A stretch of DNA of 64,000 nt from Eukaryota sp. TZLM1-RC (GCA_040285825.1 JAUPSS010000005.1:620001-684000), one strand, 5' to 3'; positions 11,930 through 24,273 are shown, numbered from the stretch's first letter. Notes: generated from the letters alone by a model not told the origin. A program made the numbers and translations.

Positions 11930-12884
11930 TATACAATGGATCTTAACTTTCGCTTTCGCTACCCGTGATAATGTGTTGAGATCAGGTTGTTGAATCGGAC
12001 TCATTGGTATACCATCACCTTTAGAACTCTTTTCAACATCTTTCAGGCTGGCATCAGTGGGTTCAATAACATTGGTTTGAGACTGTTGCCTGATGAACAC
12101 CTCTGATCTTTCTCTTCCATCCAGAATGTCTTCATCCAACATCAGAATATTTAGAGCAGAATTAGTATCTCGATTACAGAAGGTTCTGCATTGATTGCAC
12201 TGCCTCAGACTCCAAGGAACCATTTCATCCTTTTCCAAGAGCTTTGAAAATCGTTTTGTTATCCTCTTGTTGTTGGTTGTGCTTTCCGATGTTTCTGCTA
12301 ATTCTGCATTTGGTTTGTTCTTTCTTATTCATATCTATGACTAGGACTTCTCTTGATTTCATTGATTCCTCTAATTTCTTTAATTTCTACTGCAACTAAT
12401 CTTCTAAAATTAAATGATGGTGATTTTTCCATCGAGATGTCACCTTAAACACCCCTAGTTTTTTGTTGTTTTGTGATATATCTTTTACCAAGCAGGGCTC
12501 TTTCGAATTGAGTTGAGACCACATAACCATTGGTGACAATCATATTGGCAAACACTTTAGAAAATCATGCAGGATATTTCAGCTTTCTTTCCAACACTAT
12601 TTCGGGAAAATATCTTACACAATTAAACTCTTTTTGTTGTGATCAAGTTGAGTTCTGGTAGAAACGACTATGTTTCTTCGGGAAAGTACTCTTAAATTCC
12701 CAATTGGAAATTTGTAAGGCTTAATTCCACAGCAATTGAGTAATTTCACTAGTTTTTGACATTTGACCTGCTTCTTTTCCGGTTGTATTACGGTTGGTGA
12801 GCTAACATTTTTAAACAATATTTGATGTCCAAACGAATTGATCTCGGTATAAACGAGCCAGCTTTCGGCAACACTTATGTCCAT
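11930..12884 (-). mobile_element. Internally deleted Fanzor1 remnant with an intact 3' end and a putative omegaRNA hairpin
   Basis: Minus-strand VFANMIVTNGYVVSTQFER (~12500-12555), RRLVAV, then LRQCNQC...NRDTNSALNIL...GRERSEVFIR; hairpin at 11939-11983. Confidence 0.75.
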
Positions 12885-13541
12885 AAAGGAGATTTAATAA
12901 GTTCACCACTAAAATTCAAAAAAAAATCTCACCTAGAAATAGGAATAGCTTAAAAAGATCACTGAGTGGTTGATGCAATTTCACTTTTTCCCAAAATTTA
13001 GGTAAAGCTTTGGTCCAATTAAAAATAGAAAAGATCATGTGATGAAGAGATTGCCTCAGTCACTCAGTATTCATGCACCAATTGTTGCACATGTTTCTGT
13101 AGAGGTAATTTTGGTTCAATGAATTTCATCCCATCAGTTCGGATTTTATTTTGTTAAATGTGGAAGTTCAATAAAAATAAAAATAATTACTAAATATACA
13201 CAAATCTAAATCGACAAAACTGAAATGCGACAATTCAGCCATAGATCAACATGCATGGGTCAAATAAGAGTTTCAAGGGGGAAACACATGACCCTTACTT
13301 TGTTCTCTCACCTTTCTCTACAGAATCTTGCTCTACTTGCTGTCTCGCTATGCATTGACTTTTATATTGAGGTCGTCTTCAAAATGAATATATTCATCCG
13401 ATTTATGATGAATAATGTACAAAAAAGTAAATTGCATAAAAGTCAGAAATCATGATGAAAAAACGGCTTTGGTTTTTTGGGAGGACCGACCAAAAATTGT
13501 ACTAGAAGTAAGTTTGAATTCAACTTGCATCACTAGATGGC

Positions 13542-14294
13542 ATGGGAAATGCCACCAGCATACTTAACGAACAAGTAGACTCGTTGTTCAGCGAGTCTCC
13601 ATCTTTAGGCATCAAACAGCTTGTTTCGATAAACTTCCTTGATGACCCTGTCTTTTCGTTTAAGGAAGTCCCTGCTTTGTATTTGATCAACTTCAATGAG
13701 GAAGGCAGAGTTACCAAGAATGCTCTCAATAAGTTTTTATCATTCGCCCAATCCTTAAATCTATGGGGTGAAGATTTAGTTCAACGATTACACAGAGAAG
13801 GTTTGCTGAATATGCTTAAAGCATCACAAACCAAGCATTTACAAAGAGGCACTTTTGGAGACTGGTTGGCTCTTATATTAACTGGAAGTTTCAAGGCGCA
13901 TAACATCAAGTCTCTCCGCAAGGTTGAGTATGTCACCATCGATGCAATTGCACTCCTCTACCGTCTTGGCTTCTTCTTCAATGCTACCGCTCTTCATAAC
14001 GCAGATTGTGAGCTACAAAGTATAATTGAAATCTTCCAGCGGTATGCCGAAGCCTTCAACCTGCTACCTCTTGACATTAAATCCCTGGACAATGTTGTCC
14101 CTGTTCCTGCTATAGTTTCGTTTGGAGACCTCTACGCAAAGGGTCTCTCCACTGCTGTGAGTGATCTCAATATATCATTGCCTCCTTGCTTTACCCCTGA
14201 TGTTTTGACTGAAGAAACACCTTCTGATCTCACCCAAGATGAAGATTCTGCTCTGTCAGATATTCCACTCATAGATAGTGACTTTGATATATAA
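13542..14294 (+). CDS. Hypothetical protein, possible N-myristoylation and degenerate EF-hand
   Basis: 250-aa ORF starting MGNATS; LINFNEEGRVT loop; acidic tail. Confidence 0.65.
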   Translation: MGNATSILNEQVDSLFSESPSLGIKQLVSINFLDDPVFSFKEVPALYLINFNEEGRVTKNALNKFLSFAQSLNLWGEDLVQRLHREGLLNMLKASQTKHLQRGTFGDWLALILTGSFKAHNIKSLRKVEYVTIDAIALLYRLGFFFNATALHNADCELQSIIEIFQRYAEAFNLLPLDIKSLDNVVPVPAIVSFGDLYAKGLSTAVSDLNISLPPCFTPDVLTEETPSDLTQDEDSALSDIPLIDSDFDI

Positions 14295-14363
14295 ATATTT
14301 ATTCTGTTTTGGATAAAAATCCTCAAAAAAGTTGTAAAAGTTATTAAAAAATACATACAAGAG

Positions 14364-15281
14364 CTATAAAAAGTAGCGCATTGGACTAAAAGCGGGAGTC
14401 TTCCTCTCGTTTGCAGGAGCTTCTTTAAACACTTTAAACTCATGTTCACCATCATCCGTAATGGACATGATAGCAGCCTCATTCCCACACCTATAACAAT
14501 AGTTTGGAGCAGACCAGACAGTCACACACTTCTTGTCAAACAAATACTCAAACCCAGTAGCAACGAGTTGATGGGCACGTACAAGCATTTTGAGATCATT
14601 ACCGTGGAGGAACTCAATGGCAGGACCTTCTCCGAATTCATAACCAGCACCACGGGGAGAAACTTGCCAAGAGACGTTAGGATTTGATATGGGATCTGAC
14701 CAAACTACATCAGAAGCAGGTCCGGAGGTAGGAACTTCGCAGCACCGAGGAAGCATACGGAGTTGGTCAACTGTGCGGATATCTGGAGAGAGGCCCCCAT
14801 GAACACAAAGGTATTTACCATCAACCACAGCAGCCAAAGCCATGACGTCAAATACTTCCATGAACAAGCTCCATGGGAGAGAGCATCCAAAATGACGGAG
14901 ACAGTCGTCGTAAAAGCCATATGCGGAACTTATAGCTCTGGTTTCATGGTTTCCACGAAGAAGGAAAATGCGATCAGGGTACTTAACTTTATATAACAGT
15001 AGCAGAGTTATGGTTTCCAGAGAATAGTAACCCCTGTCCACAAAGTCTCCAAGGAAGAGATACCGTGTGTTGTCAACTTGACCTCCGACTTCAAAAAGTT
15101 TGAGTAGGTCAAAAAACTGACCGTGAATGTCTCCACAGACTGTCAGTGGAGAAGAAAGTTCAAGGACAGTTGGCTCTTCTTGGAGCATTTCCATGACATA
15201 GTAGCAAAGAGTCTTTGTGTTTTCATATGAAAGTGTTTTGCACTGCTTCACTTCTTCTATAAGTTGATCAATGTTACACAT
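14364..15281 (-). CDS. PP2A-like Ser/Thr phosphatase catalytic subunit (PP4/PP6 type)
   Basis: GDIHGQF, GDFVDRGYYSLET, LRGNHE, SPRGAG, SAPNYCYRCGN, C-terminal YFL. Confidence 0.96.
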   Translation of the reverse strand: MCNIDQLIEEVKQCKTLSYENTKTLCYYVMEMLQEEPTVLELSSPLTVCGDIHGQFFDLLKLFEVGGQVDNTRYLFLGDFVDRGYYSLETITLLLLYKVKYPDRIFLLRGNHETRAISSAYGFYDDCLRHFGCSLPWSLFMEVFDVMALAAVVDGKYLCVHGGLSPDIRTVDQLRMLPRCCEVPTSGPASDVVWSDPISNPNVSWQVSPRGAGYEFGEGPAIEFLHGNDLKMLVRAHQLVATGFEYLFDKKCVTVWSAPNYCYRCGNEAAIMSITDDGEHEFKVFKEAPANERKTPAFSPMRYFL

Positions 15282-16299
15282 TGGGGAAAGTGATTGTGTA
15301 GTGAAAGTTTGAAAACCAATTTTTTTATTTTATGAAATATAAACATTCCAGTCAACTGATAATGACCTTGGCGTCTCTTAACTTCAATATTCATAAGTTA
15401 TATTATAGTTCAACTAACTTTTTATGATCGAAAGAATTTAATTTATTAATCATTAAGAATTATTTTGAACAGATGATCATCCTTAAATACTGCAAATGTT
15501 AACTGTAGTTACTATCTCAACGATGGTCGGTTGAACACGTGAAGACTTAGCTAGTTTTTCATGCTGTTGATGTCAATTGCTTCGTTTGTTTTTGAAAAGA
15601 ATGGCCATATTAAACTCATAAAAAAGCTGTTTTATAGTTCAATAGTCATAAGCAATACAATCTAAAGCCATCTAGTAAAACTAGATCACCAGTGTCTTTA
15701 TTGATAAAAACAGTTAATATTGGCATTATCAATTGAATTGCTTACTTGAATTTTGAGAATTGGGAACATCACTTGACAGTGGCAATAAGTTACCAAGAGC
15801 TCTATTTGATTACACCAACGTCTTGAGTAAGAATTGTTCCAAATATTTCAGTATTTCTAGTCTATTGGAAAAACAGCAAAGTCAGTCATTATGTGATTGT
15901 ATGACTCCACTTTTCATTCCACATAATTCAACATAATGTTCGATTATATATTTGCAAAACAATTGACAAAGCAAATCAGTTTTCAACAAAACTGTTTTGA
16001 CTCAGATTTCAATGGGCAGAATTTCAAACCCAACTCAAAACAACAAAACTGATAAGTATATCAAAGGTAATGAAGGACCTCTGGTTTTAAAAGGTCAGCT
16101 TGATTCATAATACACATCAATAAATCTTCACACATTACCCCTCTTTGACATTTTGGTGCTATTAGCTGATGTCAAAACCACTGACTCATGCAAGAGTCTA
16201 AATATTTCGTACGATGACTGTGCCACATGTATGATGACACGTCACAATGGTAAAGCAAAAGTAGAGGAGAAATTAAAGGAAGGAATGAAATCAAGAGAA

Positions 16300-16581
16300 G
16301 ACTTGGTCTTGCTGCTGGATGAATATAGGGCAAGCTGTAGATATCATGCATGTGTATTCAAGGGAAAAGAAGGAGAAAATGTAAAGAAACATCTAGTACC
16401 TAACCCAAGACCTTACAGGAGAGCAAAGACTCCAACGGTCTTTAGACATGGATAACTCAATTGCAAGAAGTGTGCATGTCTATGGAATCGTAATGTCAAT
16501 GTTGTTCCTAATATGATTCATGTTATGGATCAGTATCTTAAAGGAAATGAAAGACCTCAAGTTTTGAAAAGATCAACTTGA
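16300..16581 (+). mobile_element. Fanzor1 C-terminal remnant (RuvC-II, zinc finger, RuvC-III)
   Basis: LLLDEYRASC...PNPRPYRR...VFRHG*LNCKKCACLWNRNVN...NM...GNERPQVLKRST*; one internal TAA. Confidence 0.8.
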
Positions 16582-16646
16582 TTCATCTTCATATTCCAAT
16601 AATCTCAACGGGTTGCTACTATTTGACATTTTTGTGCTGCTAGCCT

Positions 16647-19286
16647 ATGTCAATACCGCTGACTCTTATCCACCACAACAGGACAGCCAATGTGACCATC
16701 TCCCCTAAGGAACCTTTACGTAATGCATTATCTACCGCTCTTTCTAAATGGCAATTACAATCACCACTCACTTCCTTCCAACTTCGCCACAACAACCTCT
16801 ACCTAGATCCCTCCCAACAAGCCAGATTCTCAGGTGTGCTATCTGACTCAACCTTGGAAGTAGTTGAATTACGATCTCCAAACACCTCAAACCATTCAAA
16901 CCCTCCAGACCCACCTCCCATCTCTCCTTCTTGTCCTGTTTCCCCTCATGCAACTGACGACCCTCTTCTCTACACTTCTATCTTTTCCCCTCAATCAACA
17001 CTGCTTTTTCCACCTCCTCTTCCCTCTTCATTTTATCATCCCAACCCTAACCCTAACCCTAAGTTTCCCGCCACATTGGTCAAGATTTTGGTTGGTCAAG
17101 GATCCGTTCAAACTTTGTTTCAGAGTAGTGTGTGTTTGGGTAAAGTTTATAATTGGGTTTATTCATTGTTTAATAAGGAATTTTTTAATAATGGATCAAA
17201 TCAAGAATTAAATAACAACTTGTTCAATTTTCCTTTTAATTTAAATGTTTGTGGTTCTGAAATTGAAAATACCAATGTTAACATGGAGAAATCATTAGGC
17301 AATCTGTTATTATCTCCATGTGTAGTTTTTGATCTAAAATGGAAAGATGACGTGATGGAAAGGTCAGAAATGCTTGACTTTGAAAGACTTTTTGACCCAA
17401 AGTTTACTATTGTCAATTCTTGTTATTTCGAAAAGGGATTAGTTAATCTAAAGGTAGAAAATAGAATCGAATTAATTCAAATGTATTACTATTTACTTGA
17501 GCAATTAGTGGAGATTAGTCAAAATGTGGGGAGCTCTTCTTGTCAGCTGACAGGTGACAAGGGTGAAAAAGGGATCAATTTTGGACTTAAGGAAATATTG
17601 GATCTTGCCAAATATTGGGAAGACGTTACAGCAAGATCATTCATCATCGAAATAATGACAAATTTTGTGGAGCAAGAAATAGGGATCACTGTAGATGTTG
17701 TGACACGTGTCACGGAGCTCTTCTCCCAAATATTGATCCAACATTTGAAGTTTCAGAGCAAACTCTATACTCATTTATTATCTGATTTGTTTTTTATTTT
17801 TCAATGTCTCTTTAATACTGATCTATTTATAGAAAGTGTACTCGAATCCTCATTTTTTGTTGATATTATTAACTGGTTGCCGAAAATGAAGGTCAATAAT
17901 CAACATGATTTAGACCTTTTTAAATTGTCGTTTTGGGCAATCAATAAAGTTGTCAATCATGTTACTAAAATCGGAAACACTGATTGGGCAGCATTAGCTC
18001 AAAACTCAACAGTCAATCAGTCATATTTCTTGACTTTTCTTGACTTTTCACGTGATCTCGACCAAAATGACCTTGAATACCATCATTTTGGACTTTCTTT
18101 TATGACCTCTTTCTTCCGAATTCCAGGATTAACAATGAATTTTGACCTTGCTGCCCTAATCAATTTGATTGATAATAATCTATCTTTTTTGATTGATTCT
18201 ATTCATGATTACTATACCATTTTAAATGATCATTTACTGTTACTGACTAAGATTGTAACTACTTTACCAAAAGATCTTAATTTCACTTCTGATTTAATAA
18301 CGAAATTAATTAGTATTTTACAATTAAATGATGATTATATGCCTATTAAAAAGAATTGCACAAATGTCCTTTCTAAATTGGCAAAATTTAATTCAGCCTA
18401 TTCAAACCAACTAATTAACCAACTAATTAACCATGGCATTACTGTGCTAATTGTTCCTTATTTGACCACATCAATAGAAGAGAATTTTTTAATTGAATTA
18501 TTGTATTTTATTTTCAATTTATCAAGAAATTCCACATTTATTTCTGAGTTTGCACAGCTTTCTGGAATTGAGTCTTTGTTGAGAATTTTTAATAACAGTG
18601 GATTATTAGTGCAATACTTTTGTCTTATTTCATTAAGTGAATTGCTTTATTATAATTTTGATTTAATAATTTCTCATTTAATCAATTTTAAAAGTGTGGA
18701 TTTATTTAATGGAATAGAAATAATTTCAAAATTATGGATGGATACCTTCCCAAAACGGAAGGACAATAATCAATCACTTTTGATTGATCTGTTTGACCCC
18801 CTGCAAACGTCATCTCAGTTAATTTACCATTTACAAAGTCAAAAACCAAGTAGTTTACCAAAATCATTGACTACAACACAACTTAGATTTAAATTATTTG
18901 GCATTCTTAATTTAATTCATTCAAAATCTAACATTTATTCTCTGGTAAGTAAAAGATTTCATTGTAGTTTATACATGGTGGAGTTTTTTCCTCAATTCTA
19001 CTATTATGAATTACTTAAATCCAGTTTTTCTCAATATGCATCTATATTATCTACCGCAGATTATTATAAGGTTTTGAAAAAATTAATCGCTTTCGAATGC
19101 GCTAATCTCTTTGTCATTAAGCGTGTTGATTTGATTGCAAATTCTTGTGAAACTGAAATTATCAATGAAGAGATGAGCTTTTATAGGAAGTTCATAACTT
19201 CCTCACAGCCATTTGTTCATTCCGTTAAAGCTTCTGTTTTGCCTTCAGAGCGAACTCCAAAGTCTGGCATCAGCAAGAATGGTTGA
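16647..19286 (+). CDS. 879-aa protein: N-terminal TUG/ASPSCR1-like ubiquitin-like domain, possible UBX-like segment, ARM/HEAT-like helical repeats
   Basis: VTISPKEPLRNAL...KWQL...FQLRHNNLYLDPSQQARFSGV..DSTLEV resembles TUG-UBL1; Leu-rich helical C-terminus with GIESLL-type repeats. Confidence 0.65.
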   Translation: MSIPLTLIHHNRTANVTISPKEPLRNALSTALSKWQLQSPLTSFQLRHNNLYLDPSQQARFSGVLSDSTLEVVELRSPNTSNHSNPPDPPPISPSCPVSPHATDDPLLYTSIFSPQSTLLFPPPLPSSFYHPNPNPNPKFPATLVKILVGQGSVQTLFQSSVCLGKVYNWVYSLFNKEFFNNGSNQELNNNLFNFPFNLNVCGSEIENTNVNMEKSLGNLLLSPCVVFDLKWKDDVMERSEMLDFERLFDPKFTIVNSCYFEKGLVNLKVENRIELIQMYYYLLEQLVEISQNVGSSSCQLTGDKGEKGINFGLKEILDLAKYWEDVTARSFIIEIMTNFVEQEIGITVDVVTRVTELFSQILIQHLKFQSKLYTHLLSDLFFIFQCLFNTDLFIESVLESSFFVDIINWLPKMKVNNQHDLDLFKLSFWAINKVVNHVTKIGNTDWAALAQNSTVNQSYFLTFLDFSRDLDQNDLEYHHFGLSFMTSFFRIPGLTMNFDLAALINLIDNNLSFLIDSIHDYYTILNDHLLLLTKIVTTLPKDLNFTSDLITKLISILQLNDDYMPIKKNCTNVLSKLAKFNSAYSNQLINQLINHGITVLIVPYLTTSIEENFLIELLYFIFNLSRNSTFISEFAQLSGIESLLRIFNNSGLLVQYFCLISLSELLYYNFDLIISHLINFKSVDLFNGIEIISKLWMDTFPKRKDNNQSLLIDLFDPLQTSSQLIYHLQSQKPSSLPKSLTTTQLRFKLFGILNLIHSKSNIYSLVSKRFHCSLYMVEFFPQFYYYELLKSSFSQYASILSTADYYKVLKKLIAFECANLFVIKRVDLIANSCETEIINEEMSFYRKFITSSQPFVHSVKASVLPSERTPKSGISKNG

Positions 19287-19419
19287 ACGCTTTCTGTCTT
19301 TTCTTATTTAATTCTTGTTTTTGAAATAAGTTTTGTTTTATCCTAAGTTCTTTTTCATGTTTTGGTAATTTTTACTTTATTTCAATAATAAATTGTATAC
19401 TATCTTTTTGCCCAATTAA

Positions 19420-21610
19420 TATTTTATTCAACAGCAAACATAAAATACACAATTAAAACTCCACATCCTCAAAACCTGCCTCCCCTACATCAAAACAATT
19501 AATTGCCAAAGATTCAGAAAATTTCCCAAAAGAAGAGAGTGAATCAGAAATCAGTTTTACCATTCCCTTAAAAACAGAAAACACAATCCTGTTTGCCAGT
19601 AAACATGATTGAAAATTCTTCCAGTTCTTTCCTTTACAACTACAACAAAATCCTCAAGGAAAGCCATAGCAGCCTTACCCAAAGATCCACGCAAAGAAAA
19701 TACAAAGGGACATAAATTATATTGGGCATGAGAATTTTCATTAATCGAGGAAATAGGTTTCGCATATTTAGGAATTTTATATTTTTCGCCTGCAAGAAGA
19801 GGATTATTGATATCCGAGTTAATGAGATGTTCGTTAGAGGAATTACAAGGGTCAATAGACATGGCGTCTGAAATAGTAAAACTACCATTTCACCGGGGAA
19901 CAACTAGATCACCTCTTGTCCGACCCATAGAAGCTCTGTTGTAACGCGTACTATCAATGTTGGAGTCATCGAGAATTAATTTTGATAACAACGGCTCTCA
20001 AAAGGAATCTACTCGATATGTTTTGCACATTACATAAATTTGGTCCCTGACGTTATTATGCACTTTACTTCTCAATGTATTGAAATGCTTACAGTTCAGA
20101 AGATGAGTAAACAAAGCCAGATATCACTAGGCAAATTATCTAATTCAATTTGAAGTTGATTCAAATAAAAATTAGATTCACCTTAGATCATAACGAAACC
20201 TTTTAAAAAATTCAACAACAAAATTTATTCCACCTCCTAATAAAGCTGCTTTACATAAAATTGAAGATTTCGTGAATCCAATTCCACCTAAATCAGCAGA
20301 ACAAAAAACATGACTTCGAATTAAAGATTTGAATTATTAATGTTAATTTAATTTAATTTGACCTCGAATAATGAGGAAAAAAATTTGACCCGAAGTTTGT
20401 TGAAAGATCTATTAAAATCAAGAGACACTGAAGAACGAGTTGACCATGAAATATCAGTGAATTTACCAGAATAACAAATTTTTGAAATAAAAAATTTGAT
20501 ATATTTTTCAATATCAAGTTCAGCAATAAAAGTAAGATCCTTATCAAAATTTTCCAATGAATTTGTTCAATTGGGAATAAATTTCATTCCAAATTACCTA
20601 ACCAACATCCAAGAAACTTGAATTCTTGTTGTTCATAATTAATGAAGGGAATTTGATCATCATCAATCAATAGAGATTGTTTTGTTCTTCCAATTAAGGG
20701 ACATTTTTCGGGATTCAAGGCTAATCCAATGTCTTTGTATTTCGCAGCAATGCCATTAGAAACCCTACAAATGCTTTCATAAGAACCAATAATCGAAATG
20801 TCATCCATATAAGCAACAATACGTAACTCAGGGAATTCTTTCTGGGTCAATTCAATAGTATTATGAATAGCCAAACAAAATAGCAATGGACCAAGAGGAT
20901 CACCTTGTTTGACATGAGAAGAAGATTCAAGGGTAAAGGTGTGAAAGATTTAGTCTGACTTTTTTCCATAAAATAAATAAAAATACGCTGATAGTTCTGG
21001 AAATTTTTGACTAAGGACATCGTAAATCCAATTACGCTTTACTGAATTGAAGGCATTTTTAAAGTCCCAATTGCAAATATACTGATGCTGCTGACTATTG
21101 AAAAGAACATCTGAAGTCATCTAGGTAACGGATGCACCTTCAATAGTTTTAATGTCAAATTGAAAAGGTTTCAAATAGTCCCTTACCTCAGTAGAAATTC
21201 TATTGAAAATAAGAGAAGACAGCAACCTGGTTAAAGACTCTCCGATAGCAATTGGTCTAACTCCATCGGGTTTGTTACTTTTTCCTGGTTTCAATAAAAC
21301 AACTAACCGGGCAGCAGTCAATTCAGGTGGAGGAACATAATTCAAACACATTAAATTTTGAAAATGAATGGCAAGATTCTCAGAAATTTCTGAAGTATTT
21401 TTGCAAGTAGTTTTTAACAAATCAAAAGAAATGCCTGATGGACCAGCAGCTTTTCCTTTTGGCAATTTGGCAATAGCATTGAATACTTCATGAGCCTGAA
21501 AAGGATTTTCCAGCTAATATTCACAAATTGGCGGCTTAATTGGGCAAAAATTTTCAGTTGGATGAAGCGCTGTCAGTTTTTCAACAATTTCTTGATTATT
21601 ATCAGCCTAC
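19420..21610 (-). mobile_element. Degenerate CRE-like retrotransposon (family C): RT to RLE, internally deleted
   Basis: PKGKAAGPSG, RPIAIGESL, QGDPLGPLLF, AYMDD, RLE C-terminus, AATAAA end. Confidence 0.9.
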
Positions 21611-22553
21611 TTACAAAATTGTTATATTATTATATTGTATTAATTGTATACTATCAGTTATTATTTTTTTGCTAAAATCATTAATTATCCAAGCTGAATT
21701 ATTGTCACTAAATCTTTAGATAAACATGGAATATTAATGGTCAAGATGGCAGTAGGATGTGTTTTTTACACATTTAACAAAAGTTCTGATAATGTTCTAT
21801 CAGCTATCAAACACACCTCGTCTCATCAGTCATATGGAATTAGAGTCACCAACTGAAATGCTCAAACTGAGATACCCTTGACATCATTCAACCTCAACAG
21901 TGAAAGGAAAAGGCAACGTTTCAATAGCTCAATTTTTGACAGGATTATGAATAAAGGAATACTCACCAATTACACATTTGCAATTATGCATTAAATTGGA
22001 AACTTGTCTGACTAATTAATACCCATTATGGGCAATTGCTGTACCACTTTTTTCAATTCTAAATTGTTTAATTGAATAAATACCTAAGGTAACAACTTAG
22101 TGATTCTGCACAGGTAAGGTTTTATTTTATTGCCTGTGGAATGAAAATTTCAGCATCATGAACACTTTGAGACTGTCAAACAATTGCCAAATACAAATAC
22201 AGATACAACGGGGTAACGCTTAATCAATTTAAAAGTTTTCGTTGAGATTAAATTCTGGTTGTTTGGTACAAGAAGTAATAATTTATTGAATTATTCCAAA
22301 ATTCTCAACTCAGGCTTGATTTAAAAGATTATAGATTAATAAGGATAATAAAATATATTTTTGACAGAACAATAGCTAATTCTATTCTATTCTTTTCGTT
22401 CTTCTTTTGTCTTTTTAGTTTCGAAGATGCCTTTGAATTCCAACAAAGCAATTCCACAAATAAGGAAATTCAAAGGTATGGTGTTTCTTTCTGAGAAATA
22501 TCGAATCCAAAATCTCTGCTCACTATCAACTTATTCCATTCCACAACTAATCA

Positions 22554-23222
22554 ATGTCCACACCTTTTAGAGACTTTGGTTCGAAACCACGTTCTGCGGG
22601 AGCTCCTACTCCTGGAATGCTTGCTGCTGAACGCAAAGAACGACAACGTCTCTTAGCCCTGCAAGTTCATGATCTTGAAAATGACCCATATTTTATGAAG
22701 AATCACCTAGGGCAATACGAATGTAAACTTTGCTGTACACTCCACACAAACGAGGGTAACTACTTAGCACATACCCAAGGGAAGAAGCATCAAACAAATC
22801 TTCGTAGAAAAGCTGCCCGTATGGCCGAAAAGTCCGGTGTCACTCCATCTGTTCCCACTGTTCGACCTTCTCCTGGTGCTGCCCCCAAGGTGAAAAGGAC
22901 GAGAATAGGCCTTCCTGGATATAGAATGACTAAGCAAAGAGCTCCTGATTATAGAAGAGTTTTGCTGTTTGAAGTTGATTTTCCCCAAATTGTAGAAGGG
23001 TCAGAACCCAAGCATCGCATCATAAGCTCCTATGAACAATCCAAAGAGCCGGTAGATTCCAAGTATCAGTACGTTGTTATAGCCGCAGAGCCGTACCAAA
23101 ACATAGCCTTCAAAATACCAAATGATACAATAGATCGAGATCCAGTTCATTATTGGTCGCATTGGGATGATGTGCAGCTGAGGTACAGTCTGCATTTAAC
23201 CCTGAATCCTAGTAGTGGTTAG
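22554..23222 (+). CDS. SF3A2: Splicing factor 3A subunit 2 (SAP62)
   Basis: DPYFMKNHLGQYECKLC.TLH.NEG.YLAHTQGKKHQTNL; YQYVVIAAEPY..IAFKIP. Confidence 0.97.
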   Translation: MSTPFRDFGSKPRSAGAPTPGMLAAERKERQRLLALQVHDLENDPYFMKNHLGQYECKLCCTLHTNEGNYLAHTQGKKHQTNLRRKAARMAEKSGVTPSVPTVRPSPGAAPKVKRTRIGLPGYRMTKQRAPDYRRVLLFEVDFPQIVEGSEPKHRIISSYEQSKEPVDSKYQYVVIAAEPYQNIAFKIPNDTIDRDPVHYWSHWDDVQLRYSLHLTLNPSSG

Positions 23223-23493
23223 GGTTTGGGTTTGGGTTTTTTATACCGTGTAAATATTAGTCTTTAATAATGATTAATTATGTATTTTGAAAAAGTTTAT
23301 TGTAAATGTGATTTTTTTGGCAAAAATTGCACGGAAATTTTGACCGTGAAGAAGTGGCCAAACTGAACTAATATTTTATACCATTTTTGATTCTTTTTGA
23401 TTCTTCTTTAATACCCAAGTGCACAAATGCAGAAAAGCTTGGCTAAACAGTTCTTTCAAATACAATTTCTCCTAATAAACATAATAAATTTAC

Positions 23494-24273
23494 TCATTTT
23501 CGTTTTCTTTTCATTGTTTCCTTCTTGGTACCTTTAGATTTGGAATCACCTCCTTTTCTACGAACTCTTACCCTCTTCCTCGGAACAAAGTCGCCTCTCT
23601 TCGAATAATCCTCCCAATCATAAGTGAACCTACGTTTGTTTAAAGGCCCTCGCTGCGCCCTCAAAAGCTGAACAAACTCAAAAAACCCGTGATTTTGAAA
23701 AGTCATTCCAAAATAATTCTCCAAACCATACCTAAACTTCAAAAGCTGTTTGAAATTAGGTGGCTCTTCGTGTGGCTCGGGGTAAGTATAGCTAATGGTT
23801 ATGCACTTCCCATTCAATCTTTCCTGTAGGATTGAGCACAGGTCGAGGAAGAGTGACCTATAAGGTTCTCTATCAATAAGCGAGGTGTTACAGTCTCTGG
23901 CTAATTGTTGAAAGTATTGGCTAGTTATGTTTGTGGCCTTAATTGTGATTTGGGAGTTGGGAGCGAATTGACTGGCATATTCCATGATTGAGATAAACGC
24001 GACTTCGTAGAAATAAGGCCGTAGAGCCAGATTACGTGTGGATAGTTCCATTCCTTCGTTTCTGAATTGTGCTTTCCAACAGAGCCACTCACAGTCGTTG
24101 TTGGGAAGGGATCCACTCATTTGGATGCATATAACCTCTCTGAGTTCATTTGGGGAGGTGTAAGGATCGGAGGGTGCAGGATAGTCAGGGTGAAATTCAA
24201 CTATAGGATCAGGTTCCTCATTGAGATCAAAAGAAGGACTTGATGAAGACTTCAAGATGGGGATTTCAGACAT
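23494..24273 (-). CDS. Hypothetical protein with a basic (NLS-like) C-terminus
   Basis: 259-aa ORF with host-like composition; no recognised domain. Confidence 0.65.
   Translation of the reverse strand: MSEIPILKSSSSPSFDLNEEPDPIVEFHPDYPAPSDPYTSPNELREVICIQMSGSLPNNDCEWLCWKAQFRNEGMELSTRNLALRPYFYEVAFISIMEYASQFAPNSQITIKATNITSQYFQQLARDCNTSLIDREPYRSLFLDLCSILQERLNGKCITISYTYPEPHEEPPNFKQLLKFRYGLENYFGMTFQNHGFFEFVQLLRAQRGPLNKRRFTYDWEDYSKRGDFVPRKRVRVRRKGGDSKSKGTKKETMKRKRK

Noticed and set aside
23494-24273. RNase H-like fold in the 259-aa ORF
   Set aside because: Only a vague pattern; catalytic acidic residues not identifiable
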